DNA from: Candidatus Parcubacteria bacterium
GTDB lineage: Bacteria; Patescibacteriota; Minisyncoccia; UBA6257; HR35
DNA length: 64,000 nt
Reading direction: 5' to 3'
NCBI GenBank assembly: GCA_026004495.1
Contig: BPJG01000001.1
Coordinates: forward strand, 496,527-560,526
Position numbers and translations under genes: made by a program. The notes beneath the pieces were generated by a model. It saw nothing but the letters and a program-made list of their open reading frames with translations, did no database searches and was not told the DNA's origin. Shown here piece after piece: positions 10,097 to 19,635 of the stretch. Each line of letters begins with the position of its first letter. Positions within the stretch are counted from its first letter, which is position 1.

Positions 10097-13000
10097 TTAA
10101 AAATAATCTCTTAAATAATATTGCTAAAATATCTTGATAGTTTAATTGTTTTTTTTCAATGGCATCCATCTTTTTTTCTAATTCTTTAGTAAAATTTTCA
10201 TTTATTATATCAGAAAATGATGAATTTAGGTAGTTATAAATATTTTTACCTTGATTAGTAGGTATAAGATATCCCTTTTTGATTATGATATATCTTCGTT
10301 CAATTAATGTTTGGATAATACTCGAGTAAGTAGATGGTCTACCTAAATTTTCTTTTTTCATTTTATCAATTATTGAAGCATTGGTATAAAGTAATTCTTT
10401 AGAAAATCTATTAATTTTTAAATCATTAATAACAAATTCACCTGGTTGAATTTTAAATGGATAAATATAAGAATATATTTCATTAAAACCATTTTCAATT
10501 ATTTCTGTTATTACTTCTTTTTCATCTTCAATTAAAACTTTGTTTTCAGATATTAATTTAAATGATATTAATGTCTTTTTTATTTTTATCGCTTTACATT
10601 GTGATGCTATAAATCTTTTTAAAATTATACTATATAATTTTAAATGTTTATTAGAAAATAATTCATTTTGGTTAATAATAGACTGTTCAATAACTTCCTC
10701 AACAGATAAAGCTTTTGTTGGCCTGATACATTCATGCGTTCCTGGTTTTCCCCAACTTCTTTTTTGACTTAAATGAAGCTTATCTTTTTTATTAAGAAAT
10801 TCATAAGCTATTTCTTTACCTAAATTAGATACATAAGTTGAATCAGTTCGATGATAAGTTATTAAACCTCTTTCGAATAAATCTTGAGCTAAGGACATAG
10901 TTGTTGGTAGATCAAATTTAAGTAAATCCCACGAATATTTTAATAAATCACTTGTTTGAAATGGGGGTGGGGGACTAACAATTTCTATCTTAGATTTTAA
11001 AAATTGAATTCTAACTAATAAGTTATTTTTTAATTTTCTAATTTTTTTTACTAAATCAATATTTTCAGTTTGTATATCATAATACTGGTTACCGAAGAAA
11101 AATCTAATTGAATAAATTTTATTTACTCTTCTTTCTAATTCTCTACTAATAATCCAACCTAAAACAGGAGTTTGAACCCTGCCTGCAGATAAATTTAAGT
11201 TTTTAAATTCTTTTTGTATTTTTTCACTTAAAGAAAAACCTATCCAACGATCAGCAATTCTTCTTGTTATTTGAGCACAAACTAAATCTAAGTTTAATTT
11301 TCTTGGTTGTTTAAATCTTCTTAAAAATTCCTCTTTAGTAATTTCATGAAGTTCAATTCTTTTAATATTTTTATTATAGGGATATAGATAGATAAATAAA
11401 TCAAAAGCAATTTTTTCTCCTTCAGTATCTGGGTCAGTAGCTAAATATATTTCTTGAACATTATTAGCTAAATTTTTTAAGATTTCAATTAAAAATTCTT
11501 TATTCAAAAAATTATTATTATTACAAATAGGACAGATATTATCATCAATATCTATATGACGTTGACAATTCAAACATATTTTTAATGGCTCAAATATTGG
11601 TAAAAATTCTTGGTTATCTTTTTTTATTCCATAATAACCCTCTTTATAAACCAAATCGACAAAATGTCCTAAGGTAGCAATAATATTGATTAAATAATTT
11701 CCTAAACTTACTTCATATACCCAAAAATTACGATATATTTTTTTAGCAGGTTTACCAAAAAAATTAGCAATTGTTTTAGCTTTGGTTGGAGATTCAACTA
11801 TTATTAACGCAGTTTTAACTTGATCTTTGGGTAATATTTTTTCTTCCGTTATTATCTTTTTTATCAATTCTCGATCTTTATCAACAAGTTCAATAGTTTT
11901 TTTAAATTCTTCTTTGCATTCTTTGATATTCATAAAATTTATTTTGTAGCCTATTAATTTCAGTTTATTTTTTAAATTATCAAAAATTTTTTTATCTTCA
12001 ACTAATAAAATACTTAATCCTTGGGTTAATCCAAGAGGGAATAATCTTGATGTTCTACCTGAAGCCTGAATATAACCCTTAGGATCAGAAATTAAAAGAA
12101 AAAATTTATCATTTTCTTTAATTACTTTTAAATTTTTATCTTTTTCTATTTTTTCGAAGAAATTTTTATCTTGGAATAATTTTCTTAATTTGTTTTGTAT
12201 TAATTCAATTTTGTTCTTTAAATTTTGATTTCTTAAAATACTTTCTTCGTTTAAAAAACTATATTTTTTTAAAAATTTTATGTCTTTAAAAAGATTATTA
12301 TCTTCTAAATATTGTTGAAAAGTTAAAATCATCATTAATAAAATTCTAGGTGTGTAAGTTATGGTTAGTGGTATTTTAAATTTAGGTATCCCTAGAAAGA
12401 TAGCATAGCGAATAACATGAGGTAAATCTATTCCTCTGGTTAATGGATTTCGAACATTTGAAAAACCAACGACAACATCGATTTCACCATTTTCAAATAA
12501 TTTTATATTTTTAGAATTAAATTTTTCATAGGATATAAATTTAATATTATTTTTTTTTAAATAATTAAAATATTTAAGTAAATCTTCTTTATTAAAATCA
12601 TCAGCCAAGAATACAAAACCTCCTTTTTTTAAATATTTTAGCCATTCAATTGATTTTTTAAATAATTTATCTTTTGAATTTACTTTATCATAGAAATCTA
12701 CAATATTTCTTAAATAAGTATTAGAATTTCCTATTTCAAAATTTAATAGTTCTCTAAATAAATTAATCCTTTTTGTTCTAGGAGTAAGAGTAGCAGAAGC
12801 TATAATAATTTTTCCTTTATTTGATAAATTAATATTTTCCTTAAGTTTTTCGCTCAATTGGTAATCCTTTTTTCTTTTTGAATCTATTATTTTTATTGTC
12901 ATCTCAATATCATTATTGCTGAAACCAATTAGTTGTAAAACTTTATCAATGTTTCTAGGTTGTCTTATCATTGAATCAGCATCGTCAATATAAACTAAAT

Positions 13001-13595
13001 TAAAATTTTTAGGTAGAAGATCAAAATTTTTATGTAAGAATTGGGTGGTTGTAATTAAAATATCATAGTTATTATTGCTAATTTCAATTTTATCTTCGGG
13101 TTTTTTAATAGCTAAGATTTTTATTTCTTTATTTTTATTAAATAAATTAAATTTTTTTTCAATTTCACTAACTAAAATTTTTGTTGGTACCAGATAATAT
13201 ATTTTGTTTTGCTTTAAGATTTCAATATTAAAAAGTGAAAATATTATTCCAAAAGTTGATTTACCAAAGCCTGTGGGAGCAATTATACTGAAACTTTCAC
13301 CCTTTAAAGCTTTCTTTGCCCAATATAGTTGTAAATTAAAGGGTTGATAATTTAATGTTTTTTTAAAATACTTTTTAAATAAAAACAGATCTTTTTCTAT
13401 TTTACAAAAAAAATAACTTTCCCTTAAATCTTGACAATTTTTTGATTTCAAGAGTAATTTTTGATAATTTAATCCAAATTTTCTATAATCATTTAAACAC
13501 TCTTGAAATTTAAGTATTTCTTCAATATTAGCTCTATTTTTATCTAAAGGACAAATTTTAAGATATTCCGCATTCAGTTTATTAATTTTATTCAT
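10077..13595 (-). CDS. rgy: Reverse gyrase (SF2 helicase-like domain fused to a type IA topoisomerase)
   Basis: 1172 aa. N-terminal Cys-rich segment. Helicase motifs I APTGFGKSTFG, II YIDDADS and III SATLT. TOPRIM LIIVESPTKAKTIANFFG and DxD LATDPDTEGEKIAFDL. Topo IA active-site Tyr in GLITYHRTDSTYVS. The base composition is host-like. Confidence 0.85.
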   Translation of the reverse strand: MNKINKLNAEYLKICPLDKNRANIEEILKFQECLNDYRKFGLNYQKLLLKSKNCQDLRESYFFCKIEKDLFLFKKYFKKTLNYQPFNLQLYWAKKALKGESFSIIAPTGFGKSTFGIIFSLFNIEILKQNKIYYLVPTKILVSEIEKKFNLFNKNKEIKILAIKKPEDKIEISNNNYDILITTTQFLHKNFDLLPKNFNLVYIDDADSMIRQPRNIDKVLQLIGFSNNDIEMTIKIIDSKRKKDYQLSEKLKENINLSNKGKIIIASATLTPRTKRINLFRELLNFEIGNSNTYLRNIVDFYDKVNSKDKLFKKSIEWLKYLKKGGFVFLADDFNKEDLLKYFNYLKKNNIKFISYEKFNSKNIKLFENGEIDVVVGFSNVRNPLTRGIDLPHVIRYAIFLGIPKFKIPLTITYTPRILLMMILTFQQYLEDNNLFKDIKFLKKYSFLNEESILRNQNLKNKIELIQNKLRKLFQDKNFFEKIEKDKNLKVIKENDKFFLLISDPKGYIQASGRTSRLFPLGLTQGLSILLVEDKKIFDNLKNKLKLIGYKINFMNIKECKEEFKKTIELVDKDRELIKKIITEEKILPKDQVKTALIIVESPTKAKTIANFFGKPAKKIYRNFWVYEVSLGNYLINIIATLGHFVDLVYKEGYYGIKKDNQEFLPIFEPLKICLNCQRHIDIDDNICPICNNNNFLNKEFLIEILKNLANNVQEIYLATDPDTEGEKIAFDLFIYLYPYNKNIKRIELHEITKEEFLRRFKQPRKLNLDLVCAQITRRIADRWIGFSLSEKIQKEFKNLNLSAGRVQTPVLGWIISRELERRVNKIYSIRFFFGNQYYDIQTENIDLVKKIRKLKNNLLVRIQFLKSKIEIVSPPPPFQTSDLLKYSWDLLKFDLPTTMSLAQDLFERGLITYHRTDSTYVSNLGKEIAYEFLNKKDKLHLSQKRSWGKPGTHECIRPTKALSVEEVIEQSIINQNELFSNKHLKLYSIILKRFIASQCKAIKIKKTLISFKLISENKVLIEDEKEVITEIIENGFNEIYSYIYPFKIQPGEFVINDLKINRFSKELLYTNASIIDKMKKENLGRPSTYSSIIQTLIERRYIIIKKGYLIPTNQGKNIYNYLNSSFSDIINENFTKELEKKMDAIEKKQLNYQDILAILFKRLFLNENNKF

Positions 13596-13675
13596 TCAAA
13601 TTTTATTTAAATTTTAAATTATTTTAAAATTTAGTTTATAATTATAATATAATCTAAAAATTTTTACTATTAAAA

Positions 13676-14482
13676 ATGAAAAAAATCAAGAATTTAAAAT
13701 TTAATGATCCATATAAAAACAATCCCTTGAATATTACTTTAGTTCCCATAGAAAGTTTAGAGGTAATTTCTTACCAAAGAAAACCTAGCCAATATCATAT
13801 TAAGCATTTAATTAATTCAATTGAAAGAATTGGTTTTATTGTTCCTCTGATAGTTGTAGCTAGAGAAGATAGATATATTATTATAGATGGACAACACAGA
13901 TTTCTAGCAGCTAAAGAATTAGGAATAAATAAATTACCAGTAATAATTGTTCCTGATTATCTAGCTAAATTAATGATTAATTTTAATATTGAAAAAGAAT
14001 TAAACATTAGAGAAAAATCACATGTTGCCTTAGCTGTTTATCAGGAATATCTACAAAATAAACCTGATATAATTGAGTCTGATCCTGAAATAATAGATGC
14101 CTTAGAGCAAGCTTATTATATAACTTTAGGTATTGCTTACCAAAAATCAGAAAAAGTAGCAGGTAGTTCATTTGAATCTATTTTGAAAAAATGTGATTTC
14201 TTTTTAGACTTTAAAATTAATGAAGCTTATAGTCTAAGAGAAAAAAGGGCAGAAAAAATTTTAATAGCTAATAGTTTAATAAAAGAAATATCTCAAAAAC
14301 TAAAAGAAATGGATAAATGGCATCCTTATATTTATAATCAAATTATTTCTTGGGCTAATCCTTATAAAAAGAGAAGATTGCCTACTGAATTTGATGATTT
14401 ATTTAATGAATTAATAGATAATTTACAAACAGCCAGAGAAAAACCTCAAATAGTTATTACAGAAAATAAATTATATTTTTAA
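13676..14482 (+). CDS. ParB/Srx-fold DGQHR-domain protein (DndB-like family), stand-alone
   Basis: 268 aa. The N-terminal ParB-like nuclease fold carries the literal motif IIDGQHRF plus upstream ISYQRKP. The C-terminal half is unassigned. Confidence 0.5.
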   Translation: MKKIKNLKFNDPYKNNPLNITLVPIESLEVISYQRKPSQYHIKHLINSIERIGFIVPLIVVAREDRYIIIDGQHRFLAAKELGINKLPVIIVPDYLAKLMINFNIEKELNIREKSHVALAVYQEYLQNKPDIIESDPEIIDALEQAYYITLGIAYQKSEKVAGSSFESILKKCDFFLDFKINEAYSLREKRAEKILIANSLIKEISQKLKEMDKWHPYIYNQIISWANPYKKRRLPTEFDDLFNELIDNLQTAREKPQIVITENKLYF

Positions 14483-14683
14483 TTTTTCGAAGTTAGACTT
14501 TAAAAGTCGCTTTCGACATTTTGTGCATACCCTAATCCTTTTTCTGTTTGGAAGTTTTAACCATTGAATATTAGGATATTGGAAATAGGTAGTTGTTGGA
14601 TTATATTTACTTCTTGTTTTAATTCTTTTTGTTGTTTTAAATCTACCCTTTTGACAAATTGAACAAAAAGATTTTTTACTCAT
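14471..14683 (-). CDS. rpmB: 50S ribosomal protein L28
   Basis: 70 aa. CSICQKG...TKR...NP...RVCTKCRKR follows the L28 pattern C-x2-C...KRR.NPN...RVC.C. Confidence 0.65.
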   Translation of the reverse strand: MSKKSFCSICQKGRFKTTKRIKTRSKYNPTTTYFQYPNIQWLKLPNRKRIRVCTKCRKRLLKSNFEKLKI

Positions 14684-15980
14684 TTTCTATTGTTATTTTA
14701 ATTAAAGCATTATTAACTTCAATATCATCTAATTTTAAATTATTTTTTAAATAGTTCAAGATTTCATTTTTTTTATTTTCATTTGATTCTTTAATTATAA
14801 TCAGCAATTTTTTATTTTGAAAATCTAAGCCTTCAATTTGGTATTCTTTAAGATTATTTAAAATTTCCAACTTTTTGTAGATACTTAGATTATCATTAAT
14901 TTTTGTTAAATTTGTTAACAGTGATTTTAATTTTTCTAAATTTTGTGACTCATTTTTAATCGTCGAGATTTCATTAGTTATTTTATTTTTTTCTTTATTA
15001 AGATAATTATTAAGCAAGATTAAACCAGTATTTATTGTCAGGCCTAAAAAGATGCTTAAAATTAACCAAATTTTTAAACTGTTATTTAAATTATAAAGAT
15101 TATATTCTTTCTCAAAATTATAAATGTTTAAATTTAATTCAGAAGATAAATTGTCTTTTAAATTTTTTATAATATTTAAGGAAGCAATTTCAATTGTATT
15201 TAATTTTAATTCTTTATTAACATTTATAATTTTTAAATTTTCAATTTCTATATCTAAACTTTCGTCATTTAAATTGAAAATTATATCAATAGGGTTTATA
15301 AGTGACCTCATAGAAGAAATTATCATTCTTTCTATTATTTCTTTTTTATTATCGGAATCAATATTTTCTCCTAAAATATTTGTTATAAATCCATTTTCAT
15401 ATGTACAGATAGTTAATATGTTATCAGCTAAGATAGATATTAAATAACTTTTATCAAAAGCTAATGCATATTTTTCCTTTATAAAATTCAATATTGGAAA
15501 AACTATTAATTGAAATTTTAAGGGAATAAAATTATTTAGTAAAAGTTGGTTATTTATAATTTCTAAAATTTCTTTTTCAAAAAATAGAACCAAGGTGTTT
15601 TCATAAAGATTAGGATTAAAATAACTTTTCCATAAGTATCTTTCAATGTTGATAGGTAATTCTTCTTTAATTTTATTTTCTATAAGATTTTTATTTTTTT
15701 CCTTATTCAACTCGGGAATATTAAATCTTTGAATAAAAAATTTAGGAATATTTAAAATGATATTTATTGGTTGAGGTGGATAAGTTTTTTTGATGGTTTT
15801 TAAACTTTCTTCTATATTTTCTTTTACAATCAATTGCGAATCACTGATAAAATTTTTATTAAATTCTATCTTATTAATAATTTTTAATTCTTTTTTTGTT
15901 TTTTTTATTTCAATTAAGGTTAATTTATTGGCCGAAATAGTTAAAACTAAATTTTGGGGTTTAATAATAAACTTCTTCAT
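14676..15980 (-). CDS. Hypothetical membrane protein, possibly a PilM/PilN-like fusion
   Basis: 434 aa. N-terminal soluble domain with a PilM/FtsA-like start LVLTISANKLTLIEIKK. One TM segment near residue 300, then a coiled-coil region as in PilN. The assignment is weak. Confidence 0.25.
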   Translation of the reverse strand: MKKFIIKPQNLVLTISANKLTLIEIKKTKKELKIINKIEFNKNFISDSQLIVKENIEESLKTIKKTYPPQPINIILNIPKFFIQRFNIPELNKEKNKNLIENKIKEELPINIERYLWKSYFNPNLYENTLVLFFEKEILEIINNQLLLNNFIPLKFQLIVFPILNFIKEKYALAFDKSYLISILADNILTICTYENGFITNILGENIDSDNKKEIIERMIISSMRSLINPIDIIFNLNDESLDIEIENLKIINVNKELKLNTIEIASLNIIKNLKDNLSSELNLNIYNFEKEYNLYNLNNSLKIWLILSIFLGLTINTGLILLNNYLNKEKNKITNEISTIKNESQNLEKLKSLLTNLTKINDNLSIYKKLEILNNLKEYQIEGLDFQNKKLLIIIKESNENKKNEILNYLKNNLKLDDIEVNNALIKITIENE

Positions 15981-15984
15981 ATTT

Positions 15985-17523
15985 TTATTCTAAATACCAT
16001 TCTTCAATTTTAACAAATTTTTCGCTTGGATCATTCAAATAATAAACATTAAAATTTTTTAAATTCCTAGGTAAGATATATGGATAATAAGGATTAACTA
16101 AAAAAATAATAGGAAGTTTATTGATTTTTTCATCTATTTCTATTAATATTTTTGAAAAATTATCCCTTGGTCCTATTTCTAATTCTTGGATTAATTTAAT
16201 GATTTCTGGATAATTTTCCTTTGTTAGATTAAATACTGAATTTTCTTCAAAAAAATATCTCAAGTCAGGAATAAGTTTGTATGAAATTCCATAAATTAAT
16301 CCCTCATAATCACCCTTAGGAATAATTTTATTATTTATTTCATTTATATTTCTAATTTCAATTTTTATTCCATATTTTTTTTGAAAATAATTAGCTATTT
16401 TATTTATTAAATAATTATCGGGAATTATTATTTTAAAATCATATTTTTTAGAATTATAATTTTTATTTTCAACTAATTGGCTAGGAGATAACAATAATAT
16501 TTTTCTAATTGAAGGCGAGAAAATACTATTAGAGACTTCGAAATATTTATTATTAAATATTTCTTTTTCTAATTCTGTATAATTTATGTTTTTTTTAAAA
16601 TCTTCAATTTCACTTTGCTTAATTTTTTCAGAATTAAAGAAAATAGCAATAATTCTTGGTATAATAATATTTTCTATTTTTAAAGTTCGACTAATATTAT
16701 TTTCAATAAATTTTGGCATTAGACCACCAATAGCATTAATTTCTTTTATTTTTAATTTTTCATAAGCCTCATTTGTATTAGGATATATAAAAACATAAAT
16801 TTTATTTATATAAGGAAATGGTTTGTAATATTTATTTCTTATGAATTCAAGTATATTATTGTTTTTTCGATAAAAAATAAAAGGTCCGCTTGAAATCTTA
16901 ATGAGTTCTTCGTCTTTATTTTTCCAATCATCTGGTTCATATTTAGACCAAATTTTACTCGGGATAATTTTTATTTGAGATAATTTTTGGATAAATAAAT
17001 TATCAACTGTTGGTAATTTAAAAATTAATTTGTAATTATCAATTTTTTCTGCTTCTATATTATCGAAATAAAATCTCGAGGGATTATTAGAATATACCTT
17101 GTAATAATATAGGCTATCTAAAACATCTTTGGTATTAATTCTTTCGCCGTTACTCCAATAAGCCTCTTTAAGTTCAATTTCATATTTTAAACCTTTATCT
17201 ATCTCAGTAATTTTCTTAGCTAACTCTAATTCATATCCTCCGTTTCCACTAGGTCGAACTAAGCTATCATAAATTAAATTTACTAACATTCTTTCACTTT
17301 GATTTTCAGCTAAAAAAGGATTTAATGTATTTATTGGTTGATAAATTCCTTCTTTTAAAATTCCATTATATTTAAATTTTTTACCAAAAATTTCTTTATA
17401 AAAATATTTCACAGAAAATATAATTAAAATAAAAGATAAAAAAACAGAAATTAAAATTATTAATTTTTCTATTTTGTTTAAATCTTTTATTAATTTATAA
17501 GTTATTAAAAAAAATTTCCGCAT
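15985..17523 (-). CDS. Solute-binding protein family 5 (OppA/DppA-like) with an N-terminal membrane anchor
   Basis: 512 aa. After the TM anchor, GILKEGIYQPINTLNPFLAENQSERMLVNLIYDSLV...YELELAKKI...YEIELKEAYWSNGERINTKDVLDSL follows the SBP_bac_5 N-terminal pattern. No cognate permease genes are adjacent. Confidence 0.45.
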   Translation of the reverse strand: MRKFFLITYKLIKDLNKIEKLIILISVFLSFILIIFSVKYFYKEIFGKKFKYNGILKEGIYQPINTLNPFLAENQSERMLVNLIYDSLVRPSGNGGYELELAKKITEIDKGLKYEIELKEAYWSNGERINTKDVLDSLYYYKVYSNNPSRFYFDNIEAEKIDNYKLIFKLPTVDNLFIQKLSQIKIIPSKIWSKYEPDDWKNKDEELIKISSGPFIFYRKNNNILEFIRNKYYKPFPYINKIYVFIYPNTNEAYEKLKIKEINAIGGLMPKFIENNISRTLKIENIIIPRIIAIFFNSEKIKQSEIEDFKKNINYTELEKEIFNNKYFEVSNSIFSPSIRKILLLSPSQLVENKNYNSKKYDFKIIIPDNYLINKIANYFQKKYGIKIEIRNINEINNKIIPKGDYEGLIYGISYKLIPDLRYFFEENSVFNLTKENYPEIIKLIQELEIGPRDNFSKILIEIDEKINKLPIIFLVNPYYPYILPRNLKNFNVYYLNDPSEKFVKIEEWYLE

Positions 17524-17528
17524 TTAGT

Positions 17529-17750
17529 TTAAGAAATTAGAGCTCTTAAATATGATAATAATAAGAAGAGAACAATTATTATCCAAGTTAAATAATAAAT
17601 ATATTTTTCTAATCCCCTTCTTTGACTAAATGAAAAACTTCCTGAGAATCCAAAAATAGTTCCCAAGCTTTCTCCTCTTTGTTGTAGAATAATAAGAATT
17701 ATTAAGATAATAGCGTTAAAAATTATTAAGATATCTAAAAAATTAATCAT
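17529..17750 (-). CDS. secG: Preprotein translocase subunit SecG
   Basis: 73 aa. Two TM segments flank LQQRGESLGTIFGFSGSFSFSQRRGLE, the Gly-rich SecG loop. Confidence 0.6.
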   Translation of the reverse strand: MINFLDILIIFNAIILIILIILQQRGESLGTIFGFSGSFSFSQRRGLEKYIYYLTWIIIVLFLLLSYLRALIS

Positions 17751-18994
17751 TTTTTAGGAATTGGTTTATTTCTTAATCGACGATGATAATTAATTGTTAA
17801 TTTATGAATTTTTTTATCAATGTTTTTTATTAATTGACCTAAGGCATGTGGCAGTAAATTTAAATTTATTGATTTATTTTTGCCATAAAAAATATTTTCT
17901 GTTGGTTTGGCTATACTAATAATTTTAACATAATTTTCTAAGTTATTCTCTTGAAGTGCTTTAAGGGCATAATTGAATTGAGCCTTACCGCCATCTATTA
18001 GAATAATGTCAGGCAAAGGCCAATCCTCATGATTTAATCTTCTTTTTAGTATCTCGTATATCATTTGTGGATCATTAATATTTTTGGTAAATTTAATTTT
18101 AAATTTTCTAAATGAATTTTTTTGATATTTTCCTTCCTTAAAGGTAGCACAAGTACCAACCATTATTTCACCTGACCAATGAGAAACATCATAAGCTTCA
18201 ATTAGTAATGGTAGCTTATCGATTTTTAATAAATTTTTTAATTCTTTTCCAGCTTTAAGATAGTAATTATTATCATAATCGGTTATTAAATCTTTATGAT
18301 TCATTAGTTTATTAATAGCTATTATTTCTTTCTTAACTTTATTAGCTTCTTCTAATTGGTTGTTTATTATTAATTTTTCTAATTTGTTTAAGAGTGATAT
18401 TTTTATTTTTTTTAAGTCACCTCTTAATATTTTTACTATTTTAATAATATTTTTTAGATACATTTTTTTATCTCCCCCTTCTCCTTCCTTGCAGCACCAA
18501 CCATAACATAATCCTATTGTAGAATTAAGACAAGATGATTTATGTTTTTTTAGGCAAGTACAAAATGGAATTTCTTTTCTAATTATTTTTAATATTGTCT
18601 TTAATGATGATCCTTCGGTAAAAGGACCAATAATTTTTAAAATATCATATTTTTTAGGTTGATGGGTGATAATAATTTTAGGGTAATCGTTTTTAGTAAT
18701 AACTAAATAAAAATAATAAGAATCATCTCTTAAGAGATTATTATAAGGAGGGTCAAATTTTTTTATCAATTCTGCTTCCTTTAAAATTGCTTCAACTTCT
18801 GAATTTAACTCTAAAATTTCTATTTTATTTGTATCCTGTAAAAGGTTATTAATTTTTATATTTTTATTTTTAAAATATTCAGCAATTCTCTTTTTTAAAT
18901 TAATAGATTTCCCTACGTATAAAATTTTATTATTTTTATCTTTAAAAATGTAAACACCTATTTTTTCAGGGATTTTATTTATTTCTATTTTCAT
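17747..18994 (-). CDS. uvrC: Excinuclease ABC subunit C, short form lacking the C-terminal (HhH)2 domain
   Basis: 415 aa. GIY-YIG GVYIFKDKNNKILYVGKSINLKKRIAEYF. C-terminal endonuclease/RNase H-like region EAYDVSHWSGEIMVG...KFKIK...IDGGKAQ. A Cys-rich insert FCTCLKKHKSSCLNSTIGLCYGWCC is present. Confidence 0.75.
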   Translation of the reverse strand: MKIEINKIPEKIGVYIFKDKNNKILYVGKSINLKKRIAEYFKNKNIKINNLLQDTNKIEILELNSEVEAILKEAELIKKFDPPYNNLLRDDSYYFYLVITKNDYPKIIITHQPKKYDILKIIGPFTEGSSLKTILKIIRKEIPFCTCLKKHKSSCLNSTIGLCYGWCCKEGEGGDKKMYLKNIIKIVKILRGDLKKIKISLLNKLEKLIINNQLEEANKVKKEIIAINKLMNHKDLITDYDNNYYLKAGKELKNLLKIDKLPLLIEAYDVSHWSGEIMVGTCATFKEGKYQKNSFRKFKIKFTKNINDPQMIYEILKRRLNHEDWPLPDIILIDGGKAQFNYALKALQENNLENYVKIISIAKPTENIFYGKNKSINLNLLPHALGQLIKNIDKKIHKLTINYHRRLRNKPIPKK

Positions 18995-19017
18995 AAAAGA
19001 ATTTTATAATATTTAAA

Positions 19018-19635
19018 ATGTTAGGTAAATTAATTATAATCGAAGGCATTGACGGAAGTGGAACTACAACCCAGTCTAAACTATTATTTAAATATTTAAA
19101 GGCTAATAAAATAAATTCAATTTTAACCAAAGAACCTTTTAATAAATATCTAGTTAATTTAATTAAGAAAAATAAAGAACCTATAATAGATTTATTTTTA
19201 TTTTTAGCTGACAGAAGTATTCAGTACTCGAAAGTAAGACAGTGGCTCAAAGAAGGAAAATGGATAGTAAGCGATAGATCTTTCCCTTCAACTTTAGTTT
19301 ATCAATGGTATTTAAATGAGAAATTAAAAAAATTGATTAATAAAAATTTAATAATAAAATTAAATAATCTAAGCCAATTTAATATTCAACCAGATATGGT
19401 TATAGTTTTAGATATTAATCCTCAAGTAGCAATTAAAAGATTAAAAAATAAAATTAAGAAAAGTAAAATAAGTAAATTTGAAAAATTATCTTTATTAAAA
19501 AACCTTTCACAGGGATATCTTTTTTTTGCTAAAAAATTAAATTGGAATGTTATAGATGGCAATTTATCAATTAATGAAGTTCATAAAAATATTTGTCAAA
19601 AAATAATTAATAAATTTAATCTTAAAATTAAATGA
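19018..19635 (+). CDS. tmk: Thymidylate kinase
   Basis: 205 aa. LIIIEGIDGSGTTTQ P-loop and DRS/LID-like region. Confidence 0.8.
   Translation: MLGKLIIIEGIDGSGTTTQSKLLFKYLKANKINSILTKEPFNKYLVNLIKKNKEPIIDLFLFLADRSIQYSKVRQWLKEGKWIVSDRSFPSTLVYQWYLNEKLKKLINKNLIIKLNNLSQFNIQPDMVIVLDINPQVAIKRLKNKIKKSKISKFEKLSLLKNLSQGYLFFAKKLNWNVIDGNLSINEVHKNICQKIINKFNLKIK

Noticed and set aside
10540-10767. ORF 10540..10767 (+) inside the reverse gyrase gene
   Set aside because: Antisense shadow ORF.
15124-15993. ORFs 15124..15447 (+) and 15790..15993 (+) antisense to the 434-aa gene
   Set aside because: Low-complexity hydrophobic translations antisense to a longer ORF. The 434-aa ORF itself is only weakly supported, so the strand choice rests mainly on length.
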